Assembly (NCBI GenBank): GCA_041747155.1
Contig: JBGTFQ010000188.1
Span: 1,090-65,089, forward strand
From: Rubrobacteraceae bacterium
GTDB lineage: Bacteria > Actinomycetota > Rubrobacteria > Rubrobacterales > Rubrobacteraceae
DNA: 64,000 bases
Direction: 5' to 3'
Program-made: the position numbers and the translations under genes
Notes under the pieces: model-generated
Told to the model about the DNA's origin: nothing
Seen by the model: the letters and a program-made list of their open reading frames with translations, nothing else
Databases searched by the model: none
Shown here: piece after piece, positions 1 through 9,435 of the stretch
Layout of the letters: each line of letters starts with the position of its first letter
Position numbering within the stretch: the stretch's first letter is position 1

Positions 1-1
1 T

Positions 2-358
2 GAAGCCGGTTTGGGCTTCGCCGTGAAGCTCGACAAGGGCGATTTTGTCGGCAAGGAGGCGTTGCTGAAGCGCAAGGAGGAAGGTCCGCGGCGCAAGCTA
101 TCGTGCTTGGTCCTAGAAGATTCCTCCGCTGTTGTTATGGGGAGCGAGCCCGTGTATGCGGACGGTCGGGCGGTGGGCTACGTCACCAGCGCGGGGTACG
201 GGTACGCCATAAGTAAGAGTATTGCTTACGCCTGGTTGCCGCCGGAAGTCTCGCAGGAAGGCCGGGAGGTCGAGGTTGCTTACTTTGGTGAGCGTTACGG
301 TGCGACGGTCTCTGAGGAGCCGCTCTTCGATCCCGCGATGAAGCGGATGCGCGGTTGA
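2..358 (+). CDS. 3' part of a GcvT-domain protein cut by the window edge (dimethylglycine/sarcosine oxidase- or dehydrogenase-like C-terminus)
   Basis: Frame 2 is open from position 2. EAGLGFAVKLDKGDFVGKEALL and the C-terminal beta-barrel-like YVTSAGYGY...YAWLP are typical of the GcvT C-terminal region. No start codon lies in the window. Confidence 0.6.
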   Translation, partial: EAGLGFAVKLDKGDFVGKEALLKRKEEGPRRKLSCLVLEDSSAVVMGSEPVYADGRAVGYVTSAGYGYAISKSIAYAWLPPEVSQEGREVEVAYFGERYGATVSEEPLFDPAMKRMRG

Positions 359-488
359 TGTGAACGTTACGTTGGAGGCTCGGAGGGAGGCTGCGTTGCG
401 ACGAAGTAGCTGAACGGGTTGGAGAGTTAGGCGGTCATTGTAAGCGGCTCTTCGGGGTCGTAACGAACAGAGAAAGGAGATGCTTATT

Positions 489-1673
489 ATGTCGGAAGTC
501 AATCCGGATCCAGGCATCTTGCAGTACACGAGGTTGTTCAAGTCCCCGTACTTCTACGGTTCCCGCAAGCACGGGGTCCAGAAGTACAGCGTCTATAACC
601 ATCACTATCACCCGCGCTACTACCGAGACCCGGTAGAGGAGTACTGGCAGCTACTAGAAGGCGTCACGATGTGGGATGTCGGCGGGGCGGAGCGGCAGGT
701 CGAGATCACCGGCCCCGACGCTTTCGAGTTCACCAATATGCTCACACCGCGCGACCTCAACAAGTGCGCCGTCAACCAGTGCAAGTACGCCTTCATCACG
801 AACGCTCAAGGTGGGATCATCAACGATCCAGTCCTTTTGAGGCTCGACGAGAACCACTTCTGGCTCTCGCTAGCTGACAGCGACGTGCTGTTGTGGGCTC
901 AAGGTCTCGCCTACAGCATGGGGATGGACGTAAAGATCACCGAGCCCGACGTCGGCCCGATGCAGGTCCAGGGGCCAAAGTCCAAAGAAGTCATGTCGGA
1001 CCTCTTCGGCGAGGGAATACTCGACGTCCCGTACTACTATATGGAGAACTACGAACTGGATGGGATGGATCTCGTCATCTCGCGTACCGGATACTCGGGC
1101 GAGCTTGGGTATGAGATCTACCTGAAGAACGCCAGCCGCGACGGAGTCAAGCTCTGGGACCGGGTGCTGCAGGCCGGTGAGCCTCACGGAATCTCCCCGA
1201 TAGGCCCGTGCCACATCCGGCGCATCGAGGGCGGCATCCTGGCTCTGGGTTGCGACATGTGGTACGACACCAACCCCTACGAGGTGGGCTATGGCTACAA
1301 GTGGATGGTCGAGCTAGAGCAGGAACAGGACTTCGTCGGCAAGGACGCGCTCAGGAAGGTCAGCGAAGAAGGCGTAAACCGCAAGCTGGTTGGAGTCGAG
1401 ATCGGGGGCGCGAACCTCGGAACGTACAACGATGGCTCCATGATTGACTACTTCCCCGTCCTCAAGGATGGCGAGAAGATAGGCAAGGTCACCTCTGGCT
1501 GCTATTCGCCGCGTCTGGAGAAGAACATCGGTTTCGCAATGGTCCCTGTAGAGTACACCGAGATCGGCGTCGAGCTTACAGTCGAACGCCCGGAGGAGAC
1601 CGTCGAAGCCACGGTCGCCGACAGGATCTTCTTCAAGCCCGAGCACGCCGAGCAGAAGTTGACCCCGGCGTAG
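489..1673 (+). CDS. GcvT-family THF-dependent aminomethyltransferase/demethylase, DmdA-like
   Basis: ORF 480..1673. SD AAGGAG at 474-479 favours ATG 489 (ATG 480 is an alternative). Motifs WDVGGAERQVEITGPDA and GYSGELGYEIY. The N-terminal YSVYNHHY...EEYW region resembles DmdA-type demethylases, from memory. Confidence 0.75.
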   Translation: MSEVNPDPGILQYTRLFKSPYFYGSRKHGVQKYSVYNHHYHPRYYRDPVEEYWQLLEGVTMWDVGGAERQVEITGPDAFEFTNMLTPRDLNKCAVNQCKYAFITNAQGGIINDPVLLRLDENHFWLSLADSDVLLWAQGLAYSMGMDVKITEPDVGPMQVQGPKSKEVMSDLFGEGILDVPYYYMENYELDGMDLVISRTGYSGELGYEIYLKNASRDGVKLWDRVLQAGEPHGISPIGPCHIRRIEGGILALGCDMWYDTNPYEVGYGYKWMVELEQEQDFVGKDALRKVSEEGVNRKLVGVEIGGANLGTYNDGSMIDYFPVLKDGEKIGKVTSGCYSPRLEKNIGFAMVPVEYTEIGVELTVERPEETVEATVADRIFFKPEHAEQKLTPA

Positions 1674-1694
1674 AGAAACAGCTACAAAGGAGTT

Positions 1695-1723
1695 AGCGGG
1701 CGGAGCAATAAGAGCCGCCCGCT
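1695..1723 (+). terminator. GC-rich hairpin after the demethylase gene (9-bp stem AGCGGGCGG/CCGCCCGCT, 11-nt loop)
   Basis: The inverted repeat was read directly. No U-tract follows, so it may be an attenuator or RNA-stability element rather than a canonical terminator. Confidence 0.3.
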
Positions 1724-1751
1724 GACCCGTCGCCAGGATTGAGAGCGCGCG

Positions 1752-2648
1752 ATGGATCAGAGAACAAAGAGCAACGACAAGTCTAGCAGGACGGTCGCCG
1801 AAGCCCTGCGACGGCCCCGCTATGAAGTAATTCCGCTGCAAGGTATCGAGGAACAAGTACTCGAACACGTCCCGAAGGAAGTCAAGATCACGGTAACGGC
1901 CTCGCCTAAAAAGGGTGTTGAGGGAACCCTGGATCTCTCCGGGCGACTCTCCAAAGAAGGTTATGAGATCGCACCACACCTGTCCGCCCGCTTAATAAGA
2001 GACGAAGCGCACCTCGAAGACGTGCTGGGGCGATTACGTGAATCGAACATTCGGGAAATCTTCGTGATAGCGGGCGATGCTGAAGAGCCCGCCGGTAAGT
2101 TCGAGGGCGCGGGTGATCTGCTGTTGGCTATGTCGGGTCTGGACCACGGTATCGAGGAGATCGGCATCGGCGGTTATCCCGAGAGTCATCCGTTTATCAG
2201 TGATGAAGACACGATCCGGGCGATGAGCGAGAAAAGCCCCCACGCCACATACATAATCAGCCAGATGAGCTTCGATTCAAAGGTCGTCGCCGACTGGGCG
2301 CGGAACGTGCGGGCCAGGGGCGTGGACCTGCCGATCCACGTCGGCATCCCCGGTATCGTGGGCTGGCAGAAGCTGGTTCGCATCTCCACTGGCATAGGAC
2401 TCGGGGAGTCAGCCCGCTTCCTAAAGAAGTACGGCAACACTTTCGCTCGGTTCTTCAAGCCCGGCGGCTACAACCCTGACAGCCTCATAAGAAGCCTGAC
2501 CCCCGCTTTTGACGATTCTCAGGGTAACATCCGGGGCTTTCACATCTACACCTTCAATGAGGTTGCGAAGACCGAGACCTGGCGGCGCAAGAAGCTCGCG
2601 AGCCTCGAAGCCGCACTGACCTCCCACAGAGACAACGAGGAGTCCTAG
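1752..2648 (+). CDS. metF: 5,10-methylenetetrahydrofolate reductase
   Basis: 298-aa ORF with MetF-like pattern (ITVTASPKKG, REIFVIAGD, GYPESHP, ISQMSFD). Confidence 0.8.
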   Translation: MDQRTKSNDKSSRTVAEALRRPRYEVIPLQGIEEQVLEHVPKEVKITVTASPKKGVEGTLDLSGRLSKEGYEIAPHLSARLIRDEAHLEDVLGRLRESNIREIFVIAGDAEEPAGKFEGAGDLLLAMSGLDHGIEEIGIGGYPESHPFISDEDTIRAMSEKSPHATYIISQMSFDSKVVADWARNVRARGVDLPIHVGIPGIVGWQKLVRISTGIGLGESARFLKKYGNTFARFFKPGGYNPDSLIRSLTPAFDDSQGNIRGFHIYTFNEVAKTETWRRKKLASLEAALTSHRDNEES

Positions 2649-2651
2649 ACC

Positions 2652-4358
2652 ATGCCAAAAACGTTCCCTTCCGACCTCGACATAGCGCGGCGGACAAAGC
2701 TAAAGCCGCTGCCGGAGATAGCGGACGATATGGGAATCGGACCGCATCTATTGGAGCCCTACGGGGACTCGGTAGCGAAAGTGAAGCTGGATGCCATCAC
2801 CGAGCTAGAGGATCGCCCGCGCGCTAAGTACGTGGTCGTGTCGGCGATAACGCCGACACCACTCGGCGAAGGGAAGACCACGACCACTGTGGGACTTGGG
2901 CAGGCGTTCTCCCACATTGGCAAGAGGGCGACTATCGCCGTGCGCCAACCAGCGATGGGTCCGACGTTCGGCATCAAGGGCGGCGCTGCAGGCGGCGGCT
3001 ACAGTCAGGTCGTGCCAATGGAGATGCTCAACTTGCACCTCACGGGCGATACGCACGCCGTCACCGCCGCGCATAATTTGCTCGCGGCCATGCTCGACAA
3101 CCACATCCATCAGAACGACGATTTCTTCCACGTGGATCGGCACAGCGTCACTTGGCGGCGGGTGCTCGACGTGAACGACCGGGCGTTGAGGAACATCATC
3201 GTTGGGATGGGGCCACGGGCGGACGGTGTGCCGCGAGAGACCGGCTTCGACATCACCGCCGCCTCCGAGGTCATGGCGATACTCGCGCTCTCCACTTCGC
3301 TGCGGGACCTCCGGGAGCGGTTGGGTCGGATCGTGATCGGCAGTTCCGTAGACGGCGAGCCTATAACTGCCGAGAACCTGAAGGCCGCCGGAGCCATGAC
3401 GGTAATGCTGCGCGAAGCCATAAAGCCGAACCTGATGCAGACTCTGGAGAACACACCCGTCCTCGTACACGCCGGGCCGTTCGGCAACATCGCCACCGGC
3501 AACTCCTCCATCGTGGCGGATAGGATCGGGATAAAATCCGGTGACTATCTCATCACCGAAGCGGGATTCGGCGCGGACATGGGGGCCGAGCGTTTCTTCA
3601 ACATTAAGTGCCGTTACTCGGGGCTCATCCCCGATGCCGCCGTACTCGTCGCCACCGTGCGAGCCCTCAAAGCACACTCGGGAAGGTTCAAGATCGTGGC
3701 CGGCAAGCCTCTTCCGCCGGAGCTTCTGGAAGAGAACCCCGACGATGTATGGGCCGGAGCGGACAACTTGCGAAAGCAGATCGAGAACATAAGAATTCAC
3801 GGTGTCTCGCCCGTCGTGGCGATCAACGCCTTCCCAACGGACTATGATTCCGAGCACGCGGCCATCCGGGAGATCGCCGAGAATATGGGAGCTAGAGTCG
3901 CCGTTTGCAACCACTTTACCGAGGGTGGCCGGGGCGCTATCGAACTCGCCGAGGCTGTCGCTGAAGCCGCCGAAGAACCGACGAATTTCCAGTTTCTTTA
4001 TCCTGAAGAGGCTACTTTGCGGGAGAAGATCGAAGCAATCGCCACGAAGGTCTACGGGGCGGACGGCGTAGCCTACGATATGCGGGCCTCCGCGCAACTA
4101 GATTCCTACGAGAAGAACGGCTTTGGGAAACTGCCGATCTGCATGGCTAAAACGCACCTCTCTATCTCCTCGGACCCGACGCTGCTCGGCGCCCCGAAAG
4201 GCTGGACGCTTCCGGTGCGCGAGGTGCGTGCCTCGGTGGGTGCTGGTTTCATCTATCCTCTCTGCGGCGAGATGCGCACGATGCCGGGCCTGAGCGCGAA
4301 CCCGGCGGCCACGCACATAGACATAGACGAGAACGGCGACGTGGTAGGGCTCTCGTGA
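2652..4358 (+). CDS. fhs: formate--tetrahydrofolate ligase
   Basis: 568 aa. Hallmark FTHFS motifs PTPLGEGKTTTTVGL and EAGFGADMGAEKF-like EAGFGADMGAERFF. Confidence 0.95.
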   Translation: MPKTFPSDLDIARRTKLKPLPEIADDMGIGPHLLEPYGDSVAKVKLDAITELEDRPRAKYVVVSAITPTPLGEGKTTTTVGLGQAFSHIGKRATIAVRQPAMGPTFGIKGGAAGGGYSQVVPMEMLNLHLTGDTHAVTAAHNLLAAMLDNHIHQNDDFFHVDRHSVTWRRVLDVNDRALRNIIVGMGPRADGVPRETGFDITAASEVMAILALSTSLRDLRERLGRIVIGSSVDGEPITAENLKAAGAMTVMLREAIKPNLMQTLENTPVLVHAGPFGNIATGNSSIVADRIGIKSGDYLITEAGFGADMGAERFFNIKCRYSGLIPDAAVLVATVRALKAHSGRFKIVAGKPLPPELLEENPDDVWAGADNLRKQIENIRIHGVSPVVAINAFPTDYDSEHAAIREIAENMGARVAVCNHFTEGGRGAIELAEAVAEAAEEPTNFQFLYPEEATLREKIEAIATKVYGADGVAYDMRASAQLDSYEKNGFGKLPICMAKTHLSISSDPTLLGAPKGWTLPVREVRASVGAGFIYPLCGEMRTMPGLSANPAATHIDIDENGDVVGLS

Positions 4359-4954
4359 CCGAAGCCGCACCGGATTACGCGGAGCTGCCTCTGGGAGTTG
4401 TCCTGGAAATGGTGGCGTCCCGCGAGCCCGCGCCCGGTGGAGGTGCATCGGCGGCTATCGCCGTCGCTCTCGCAGCCGCCCTATCGAGCATGGCCGCTCG
4501 GTTCGCCACGGACTATCTCTCAACCGCTGAGGAACTTTCCAATCGGGCAGAAGAACTCCGGGGTCATGTGATGCCTCTAGCGCGGGCCGACGCCGAAGCC
4601 TACGGGCGTGTGCTTGACGCTTACAGAGCTCCCCGCGACGACGAAGAGTTGCGTGAATATGGGATCCAAACTACGCTCTCGGAGGCTGCGAACGTGCCGT
4701 TGGCTATTGCCGAGCTCGGAGCCGAAGTGGTCGGTATCGCCACCCAACTCGCCCATGAGGGCAACCCGAATCTGCGTGGCGATGCCGTGACCTCGGCCCT
4801 TCTTGCGGGTGCCGGTGTACGGGCTGCGGTCACGCTTGTCGAGATCAATATCTCAGCGGCGAGTATCGACGATGAAAGACTATCCCGTGCCAGGCAACTA
4901 CTCTCTGCGACGGATGCCGGAACGAGCCGGTTAGAGATCGCGGGGGGTGGTTGA
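4355..4954 (+). CDS. FTCD_C-type cyclodeaminase/methenyl-THF cyclohydrolase family protein
   Basis: 199 aa. PAPGGGASAAIAVALAAALSSM is characteristic of the formiminotransferase-cyclodeaminase C-terminal domain. Its start overlaps the fhs stop (GTGA). Confidence 0.8.
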   Translation: MTEAAPDYAELPLGVVLEMVASREPAPGGGASAAIAVALAAALSSMAARFATDYLSTAEELSNRAEELRGHVMPLARADAEAYGRVLDAYRAPRDDEELREYGIQTTLSEAANVPLAIAELGAEVVGIATQLAHEGNPNLRGDAVTSALLAGAGVRAAVTLVEINISAASIDDERLSRARQLLSATDAGTSRLEIAGGG

Positions 4955-5019
4955 TCTGGGAGATTTAGCAAGCGAGGGTACAATAGCTGTCAGAGAAACC
5001 AGGGGGAAAGGAACACCAG

Positions 5020-6315
5020 ATGAGCGAGAGACGAACGCCGCTATACGATTATCACTTCCGTTCTGCACGGAATGTCGTCAAGGGTGGTGGGGAGTACATG
5101 TTCCCGACCGCTTACACATCGCCGGTGGAGGAGCATCTGAACGTGCGCCGGAACGTGGGTATGCAAGACCTCTCCACGATGGGCGAAGTAGATATAAAGG
5201 GTCCGGGTGCTGAGAGATTGGTGCGACGGTTGCTGGTCAACGAAGTGCGGGACATGGAGCCCGGCCAGCTAAGGTACTCTACGATGTGCGACGAGGACGG
5301 CGGCATCGTGGACGATGTGACCGTCTACAAATTTGGTGACGAGCACTTTATGGTTGTCACGGGTTCCGGGCCGCGGTTGAAAGCTTACCGTTGGATCTCC
5401 GAGCACGCCGTAGGCGCGAGTGCCTACGCGACCGATGTAACGGCGGGTCTAGCCTTGCCGGTAGTGCAAGGTCCACGCTCGCGGAAGTTCCTCAAGAGCG
5501 TGGTGGAGGGCGTGGATCTCGACGAGCTACGCTTCTTCCGGTTCGCGCCGGGTCGGATAGGCGAGGTGGATGTCGTCGTCTCCCGTTCCGGGTACACCGG
5601 AGAGCTAGGGTATGAGATCTACACGCCCGCCGAACAAGCCGGATCGCTCTGGGAGGACCTCCTGCAGAAGGGACGGGAGTTTGATCTCCGCCCCTACGGC
5701 GTAGAGGCCATGCAGAGCTTGCGCATCGAGAAAGGCTTGCCGCTCTACGGACCTGACATAAGCCAGGAAGACACGCCGTTCCACCTGGGCTTATCCCGTT
5801 TTATCCGCTTCGACAAACGAGATTTCATCGGGCGTGAAGCCCTGCTGAAGATGCAGGAACGGGGCTTGGATCGCCGCTGGGTCGGCCTGACTCTAAAGAG
5901 CGAAGTACCAGCCACCGCCGGAGCGAACGTCTACAGCGTCGGGGACGTAGCAACCTTCCAAGAGATAGTCGAGACCGGCGCCGAAGCCGGAGAGTACGAG
6001 GATTCCGTAATGCCCGGAGACCGCCGCATAGGGCGCGTCACCTCCAGCGCTATGGGCCACAGCGTCGGCAAGATGCTCGCGCTGGCCTTCGTCGACACCG
6101 CCCACTCCTGGCCGGGCAACAACCTCATAGTCGAGATCAACGGTCGACCGATCCCCGCAACCGTCGCGCAAACCCCGTTCTTCGACCCGGAGAGCGCCCG
6201 CATCCGCTCCAAACCCTCCGACGACGAGGGCTCCGAGCCGAGCCCGAAGGCCAAAAACAACTCCCGCTCCAAATCGGCGGTCAAGCAGTCCGCGAACGGG
6301 GGCTCCGGCTCGTGA
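5020..6315 (+). CDS. aminomethyltransferase (GcvT family) with low-complexity C-terminal tail
   Basis: 431 aa. TPLYDYH, MGEVDIKGPGA and GYTGELGYEIY motifs. Ser/Lys/Gly-rich tail. Confidence 0.8.
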   Translation: MSERRTPLYDYHFRSARNVVKGGGEYMFPTAYTSPVEEHLNVRRNVGMQDLSTMGEVDIKGPGAERLVRRLLVNEVRDMEPGQLRYSTMCDEDGGIVDDVTVYKFGDEHFMVVTGSGPRLKAYRWISEHAVGASAYATDVTAGLALPVVQGPRSRKFLKSVVEGVDLDELRFFRFAPGRIGEVDVVVSRSGYTGELGYEIYTPAEQAGSLWEDLLQKGREFDLRPYGVEAMQSLRIEKGLPLYGPDISQEDTPFHLGLSRFIRFDKRDFIGREALLKMQERGLDRRWVGLTLKSEVPATAGANVYSVGDVATFQEIVETGAEAGEYEDSVMPGDRRIGRVTSSAMGHSVGKMLALAFVDTAHSWPGNNLIVEINGRPIPATVAQTPFFDPESARIRSKPSDDEGSEPSPKAKNNSRSKSAVKQSANGGSGS

Positions 6316-7607
6316 GCGTCACTTACTCCGGTCGTTACGACGCTATCGTCGTCGGCGTGGGCGGCATGGGGAGTGCCACCGCCTACTACCTGGCCCGACG
6401 CGGCAAGCGGGTGCTGGGGTTGGAGAGGTTTGGCATACCTCATTCGATGGGTTCGTCGCACGGGCATACGCGCATCATCCGCATGGCGTACTACGAGCAT
6501 CCTTCCTACGTGAACCTCTTGCGGCGAGCCTACGAGCTGTGGCGTGGCATTCAGCAGTCCGCCGGAGAGCGGCTTTTGCACACCACCGGCTCCATCGACG
6601 CCGGACCCGAGGACTCCTGGGTCTTCAAGGGCTCCTGGGAGTCTTGCCGATTGCACGACCTCCCGCACGAAGTCCTGACCGGTTCCGAGTTGCAACGCCG
6701 CTATCCTGGCTACCATTTGCCAAAGGATCACCTCGCCCTAGTGCAGCCCGACGGCGGCTTCCTCACGCCGGAGAATTGCATAATCTCCTACGTCCGGGGG
6801 GCGCAGGCGCACGGAGCCGAGATCCACGGTCGCGAGCAGGTGCTGGATTGGGAGCCACTCGAAGGCGGCGTGCGCGTCCACACCAACCGGGGTGTCTACG
6901 AAGCCGACAAGCTCGTCATAACCGCCGGAGCCTGGGACGGAGAGTTGGTCGACGTGCTCGACGGCCTCGCCGTGCCGGAGCGCCAGGTACTCGCCTGGCT
7001 GCAACCCACCAATCCCGAGAGATTCCGACCCGAAAACTTCCCCGTCTTCAACTTGCTGGTAGACGAAGGACGCTTCTACGGGTTCCCCGTGCACGGAGTT
7101 CCGGGCTTCAAGTTCGGCAAATACCATCACCTGCAGGAAGATGTCGACCCGGATGCTATGGATCGCGAATCGCACGATCATGACGAGCAGTTATTGCGGG
7201 ACTTCGCCGAGCGGTACTTCCCAGAAGGGTGCGGGCCGACGATGGATCTCCAGACCTGCATGTTCACCAACACGCCGGACAACCACTTCATCATCGACGT
7301 GCATCCCGAGTACGAACAAGTCTCGTTCGCATCGCCCTGCTCCGGCCACGGCTACAAATTCGCTAGCGTCATAGGTGAGATCATGGCCGACCTAGCCGAC
7401 ACCGGGATGACCCGCCACGACATAAGCCTCTTCCGCCTAGACCGCCTGACCAACCCCGCGTCCCGACTCTTGGAGCGACCGCAACCACCAGCAAGCTCCA
7501 ACGGTCACCACAACAACGGCCACGAGGCTAACGGTCACGAGGTCAACGGCGTGAACGGAAAACACGGTGCCTTCCCGCGAGTCTCCGACATCCGACCGTT
7601 CTGGTAA
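6312..7607 (+). CDS. monomeric sarcosine oxidase / N-methyltryptophan oxidase-like FAD oxidase
   Basis: N-terminal dinucleotide fold YDAIVVGVGGMGSATAYYLARRG. SSHGHTRIIR and CSGHGYKF motifs. GTGA overlap with the upstream gene. His/Asn-rich tail. Confidence 0.8.
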   Translation: MSVTYSGRYDAIVVGVGGMGSATAYYLARRGKRVLGLERFGIPHSMGSSHGHTRIIRMAYYEHPSYVNLLRRAYELWRGIQQSAGERLLHTTGSIDAGPEDSWVFKGSWESCRLHDLPHEVLTGSELQRRYPGYHLPKDHLALVQPDGGFLTPENCIISYVRGAQAHGAEIHGREQVLDWEPLEGGVRVHTNRGVYEADKLVITAGAWDGELVDVLDGLAVPERQVLAWLQPTNPERFRPENFPVFNLLVDEGRFYGFPVHGVPGFKFGKYHHLQEDVDPDAMDRESHDHDEQLLRDFAERYFPEGCGPTMDLQTCMFTNTPDNHFIIDVHPEYEQVSFASPCSGHGYKFASVIGEIMADLADTGMTRHDISLFRLDRLTNPASRLLERPQPPASSNGHHNNGHEANGHEVNGVNGKHGAFPRVSDIRPFW

Positions 7608-7635
7608 TGCGCGGGACAGCTTGGAGGTTCAGCGG

Positions 7636-8475
7636 ATGATCTCGCTTCGGGTACTCTCTGAAGCTATCGAAGACGGCCAGCGGCGCGAGGCGATCTACGA
7701 TGGAGATCTGATCGTCTTCAAAGACGTACCGGCGCTACTGGAGTTCCGAAACCTCACAGACGCTATGATCCAGGATACTTTGGGAACTTCGGAGCCGGAG
7801 AAGGCACAGTTTGAGCTGGACCGGGACGAATACTCTTCCCGCGTCGAAACCCTGCACAAGCGTTTCCGGGCAGATGCGGGAGTGAAGGATTCGTTTCTCG
7901 CGGCACTGACGCACGTTGGCGTGGATCTGGAACGCACGTATTGGGATTGGCTGCACCTGCGCGTCTCGCCCCATGGCGAAGAGCACACGGGCCGCCGGAC
8001 ATCCAAGCTCGGCTTCCATCGCGATACTTGGTCCTCGAACGTGTATTCGCAGACTAACTGGTGGGCGCCGATCTACCCCATTACTTCTGGCCGCACTATC
8101 GCTTTCTATGGAGACTACTGGGAGAACCCCCTGAAGAACACGAGCGCGGATTGGGACCTGGAGGAGATACGCTCCGGCACATCGAAGGCTCCGTTGGTTC
8201 CCGAACCTGCGGAGGACGTGGACATCGCATCCGAGGTCCGGCCCGTGATCGAACCAGGGGATCTTCTCTGCTTCTCGGGGGCTCATTTGCACGCCAGCGT
8301 GCCAAACTCCACCGGCCTTACCCGCTTCTCCATAGAAGCCCGAATTGTGGATGCCCCGGACGCGGCGGAAGGCCGTGGCGCTCCCAACATAGACGGCGAA
8401 GCGCCCCGGATCGCGGAGGATTGGTTTCGTCACGTCTACGACGGTACGCCTCTAACGAAAGGGACGAAACAGTGA
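7636..8475 (+). CDS. hypothetical protein, possible Fe(II)/2-oxoglutarate-type oxygenase fold
   Basis: GGAGG at 7623-7627 lies 8 nt before ATG 7636. FHRDTW (HxD) and a distal GAHLHAS His suggest a facial-triad oxygenase. The family was not recognised with certainty. Confidence 0.5.
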   Translation: MISLRVLSEAIEDGQRREAIYDGDLIVFKDVPALLEFRNLTDAMIQDTLGTSEPEKAQFELDRDEYSSRVETLHKRFRADAGVKDSFLAALTHVGVDLERTYWDWLHLRVSPHGEEHTGRRTSKLGFHRDTWSSNVYSQTNWWAPIYPITSGRTIAFYGDYWENPLKNTSADWDLEEIRSGTSKAPLVPEPAEDVDIASEVRPVIEPGDLLCFSGAHLHASVPNSTGLTRFSIEARIVDAPDAAEGRGAPNIDGEAPRIAEDWFRHVYDGTPLTKGTKQ

Positions 8476-8529
8476 TAAATGTGAAAGACCGAGCAAGTCG
8501 GATTCTGGCCTTCGGTGTAGACTGGGCCA

Positions 8530-9303
8530 GTGGAAACCGCTAAGCGTAGGACAAACTTCGTTCAGTCTGTCGACCGAGCAATCACCGTGATGGAACTTCT
8601 CTCTGATCGGGTGAGTTCTGGTGTGACGGAAGTGGCGAACGAGTTGGATATACATAAATCAACCGCCCACCGATTGCTTGCAACTCTAAAGGATCGAGGT
8701 CTAGTCGAGCAGGACCCTGCGACCGAGAAATATCGGCTGGGTGTCGGCCTGGTTCTGTTAGCGAACTCGGTTACCGCGGATCTAGACATCGCGCAGTGCT
8801 CCCGCTCGGTCTGCGACCGACTCGCCGAGAAGACCCGCGAAACGGCGACCGTCGCCCTCCTGGAAGGTGACGATGGGATCATCATCCACCAGAGCACGCC
8901 GAGCTTCTCCGCCCTGAACGTGGACTGGTCCGGCATGCACACTCCACTTCATGCAACCGCCGCAGGCAAGGTCTTCCTGCACCATATGCCCGAGGACCAA
9001 CAACGCCACATCATCAAAGAAACCTTGCAAAGCTATACCCCAAACACTTTGACGAACCCCGCAGCTCTTCTAGAAGAATTAAGAGTGGGTCAAAACGACG
9101 GATACTGGCACACCGTCGAAGAGTTGGAGACGGGACTGAATGCTGTGGCCGCCCCGATCCAGGGTGCTGACGGCGAGATACTGGCGGCAATAAGCGTCTC
9201 CGGTCCAGCGTTCAGGCTGTCGCCGGAATCTTTCTCCGAGATCGGCGCACTATGCCAACGAGCCTCCGCCGAAATATCCCGATGCCTCGGGTTCCGAACC
9301 TAG
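8530..9303 (+). CDS. IclR-family transcriptional regulator
   Basis: VQSVDRAITVMELL plus HTH HKSTAHRLLATLKDRGLV. C-terminal IclR effector domain pattern (GLNAVAAPI, ISVSGP). Confidence 0.85.
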   Translation: METAKRRTNFVQSVDRAITVMELLSDRVSSGVTEVANELDIHKSTAHRLLATLKDRGLVEQDPATEKYRLGVGLVLLANSVTADLDIAQCSRSVCDRLAEKTRETATVALLEGDDGIIIHQSTPSFSALNVDWSGMHTPLHATAAGKVFLHHMPEDQQRHIIKETLQSYTPNTLTNPAALLEELRVGQNDGYWHTVEELETGLNAVAAPIQGADGEILAAISVSGPAFRLSPESFSEIGALCQRASAEISRCLGFRT

Positions 9304-9435
9304 ACCCGCTACACAGATAACCGCCGCATTTATTCGTAACGTATATTAATCAATGCTTCAAAAATGTATTGGATCGAATAGAAAATCAAGGTTACGCTGT
9401 GAATGCAGTGGAAAGAGAACTGAATCTGGGGTGCG

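Noticed and set aside
359-488. Possible glycine or THF riboswitch upstream of the first demethylase gene.
   Set aside because: Only a GGAGAG-like word is present. I could not find the conserved ACCGAAGG/CUCAGGCAAA-type cores or a convincing tandem aptamer fold. A covariance-model scan would be needed to revisit this.
2805-4097. A 430-aa ORF antisense to fhs, and similar long antisense or alternative-frame ORFs: 5931-6731 (-), 25431-26312 (-), 28554-29642 (-), 30245-31093 (-), 36193-37107 (-), 40436-41251 (-).
   Set aside because: Each is fully embedded in a confidently recognised gene on the other strand or in another frame. All have Arg/Pro/Gly-rich, low-complexity translations, which is typical of stop-poor frames in high-G+C DNA.
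9304-9435. AT-rich intergenic region with CGTAAC/GTTACG words, as a possible IclR operator.
   Set aside because: The half-sites are only 6 bp, far apart and not repeated at other promoters of the island. It is likely just a promoter region.
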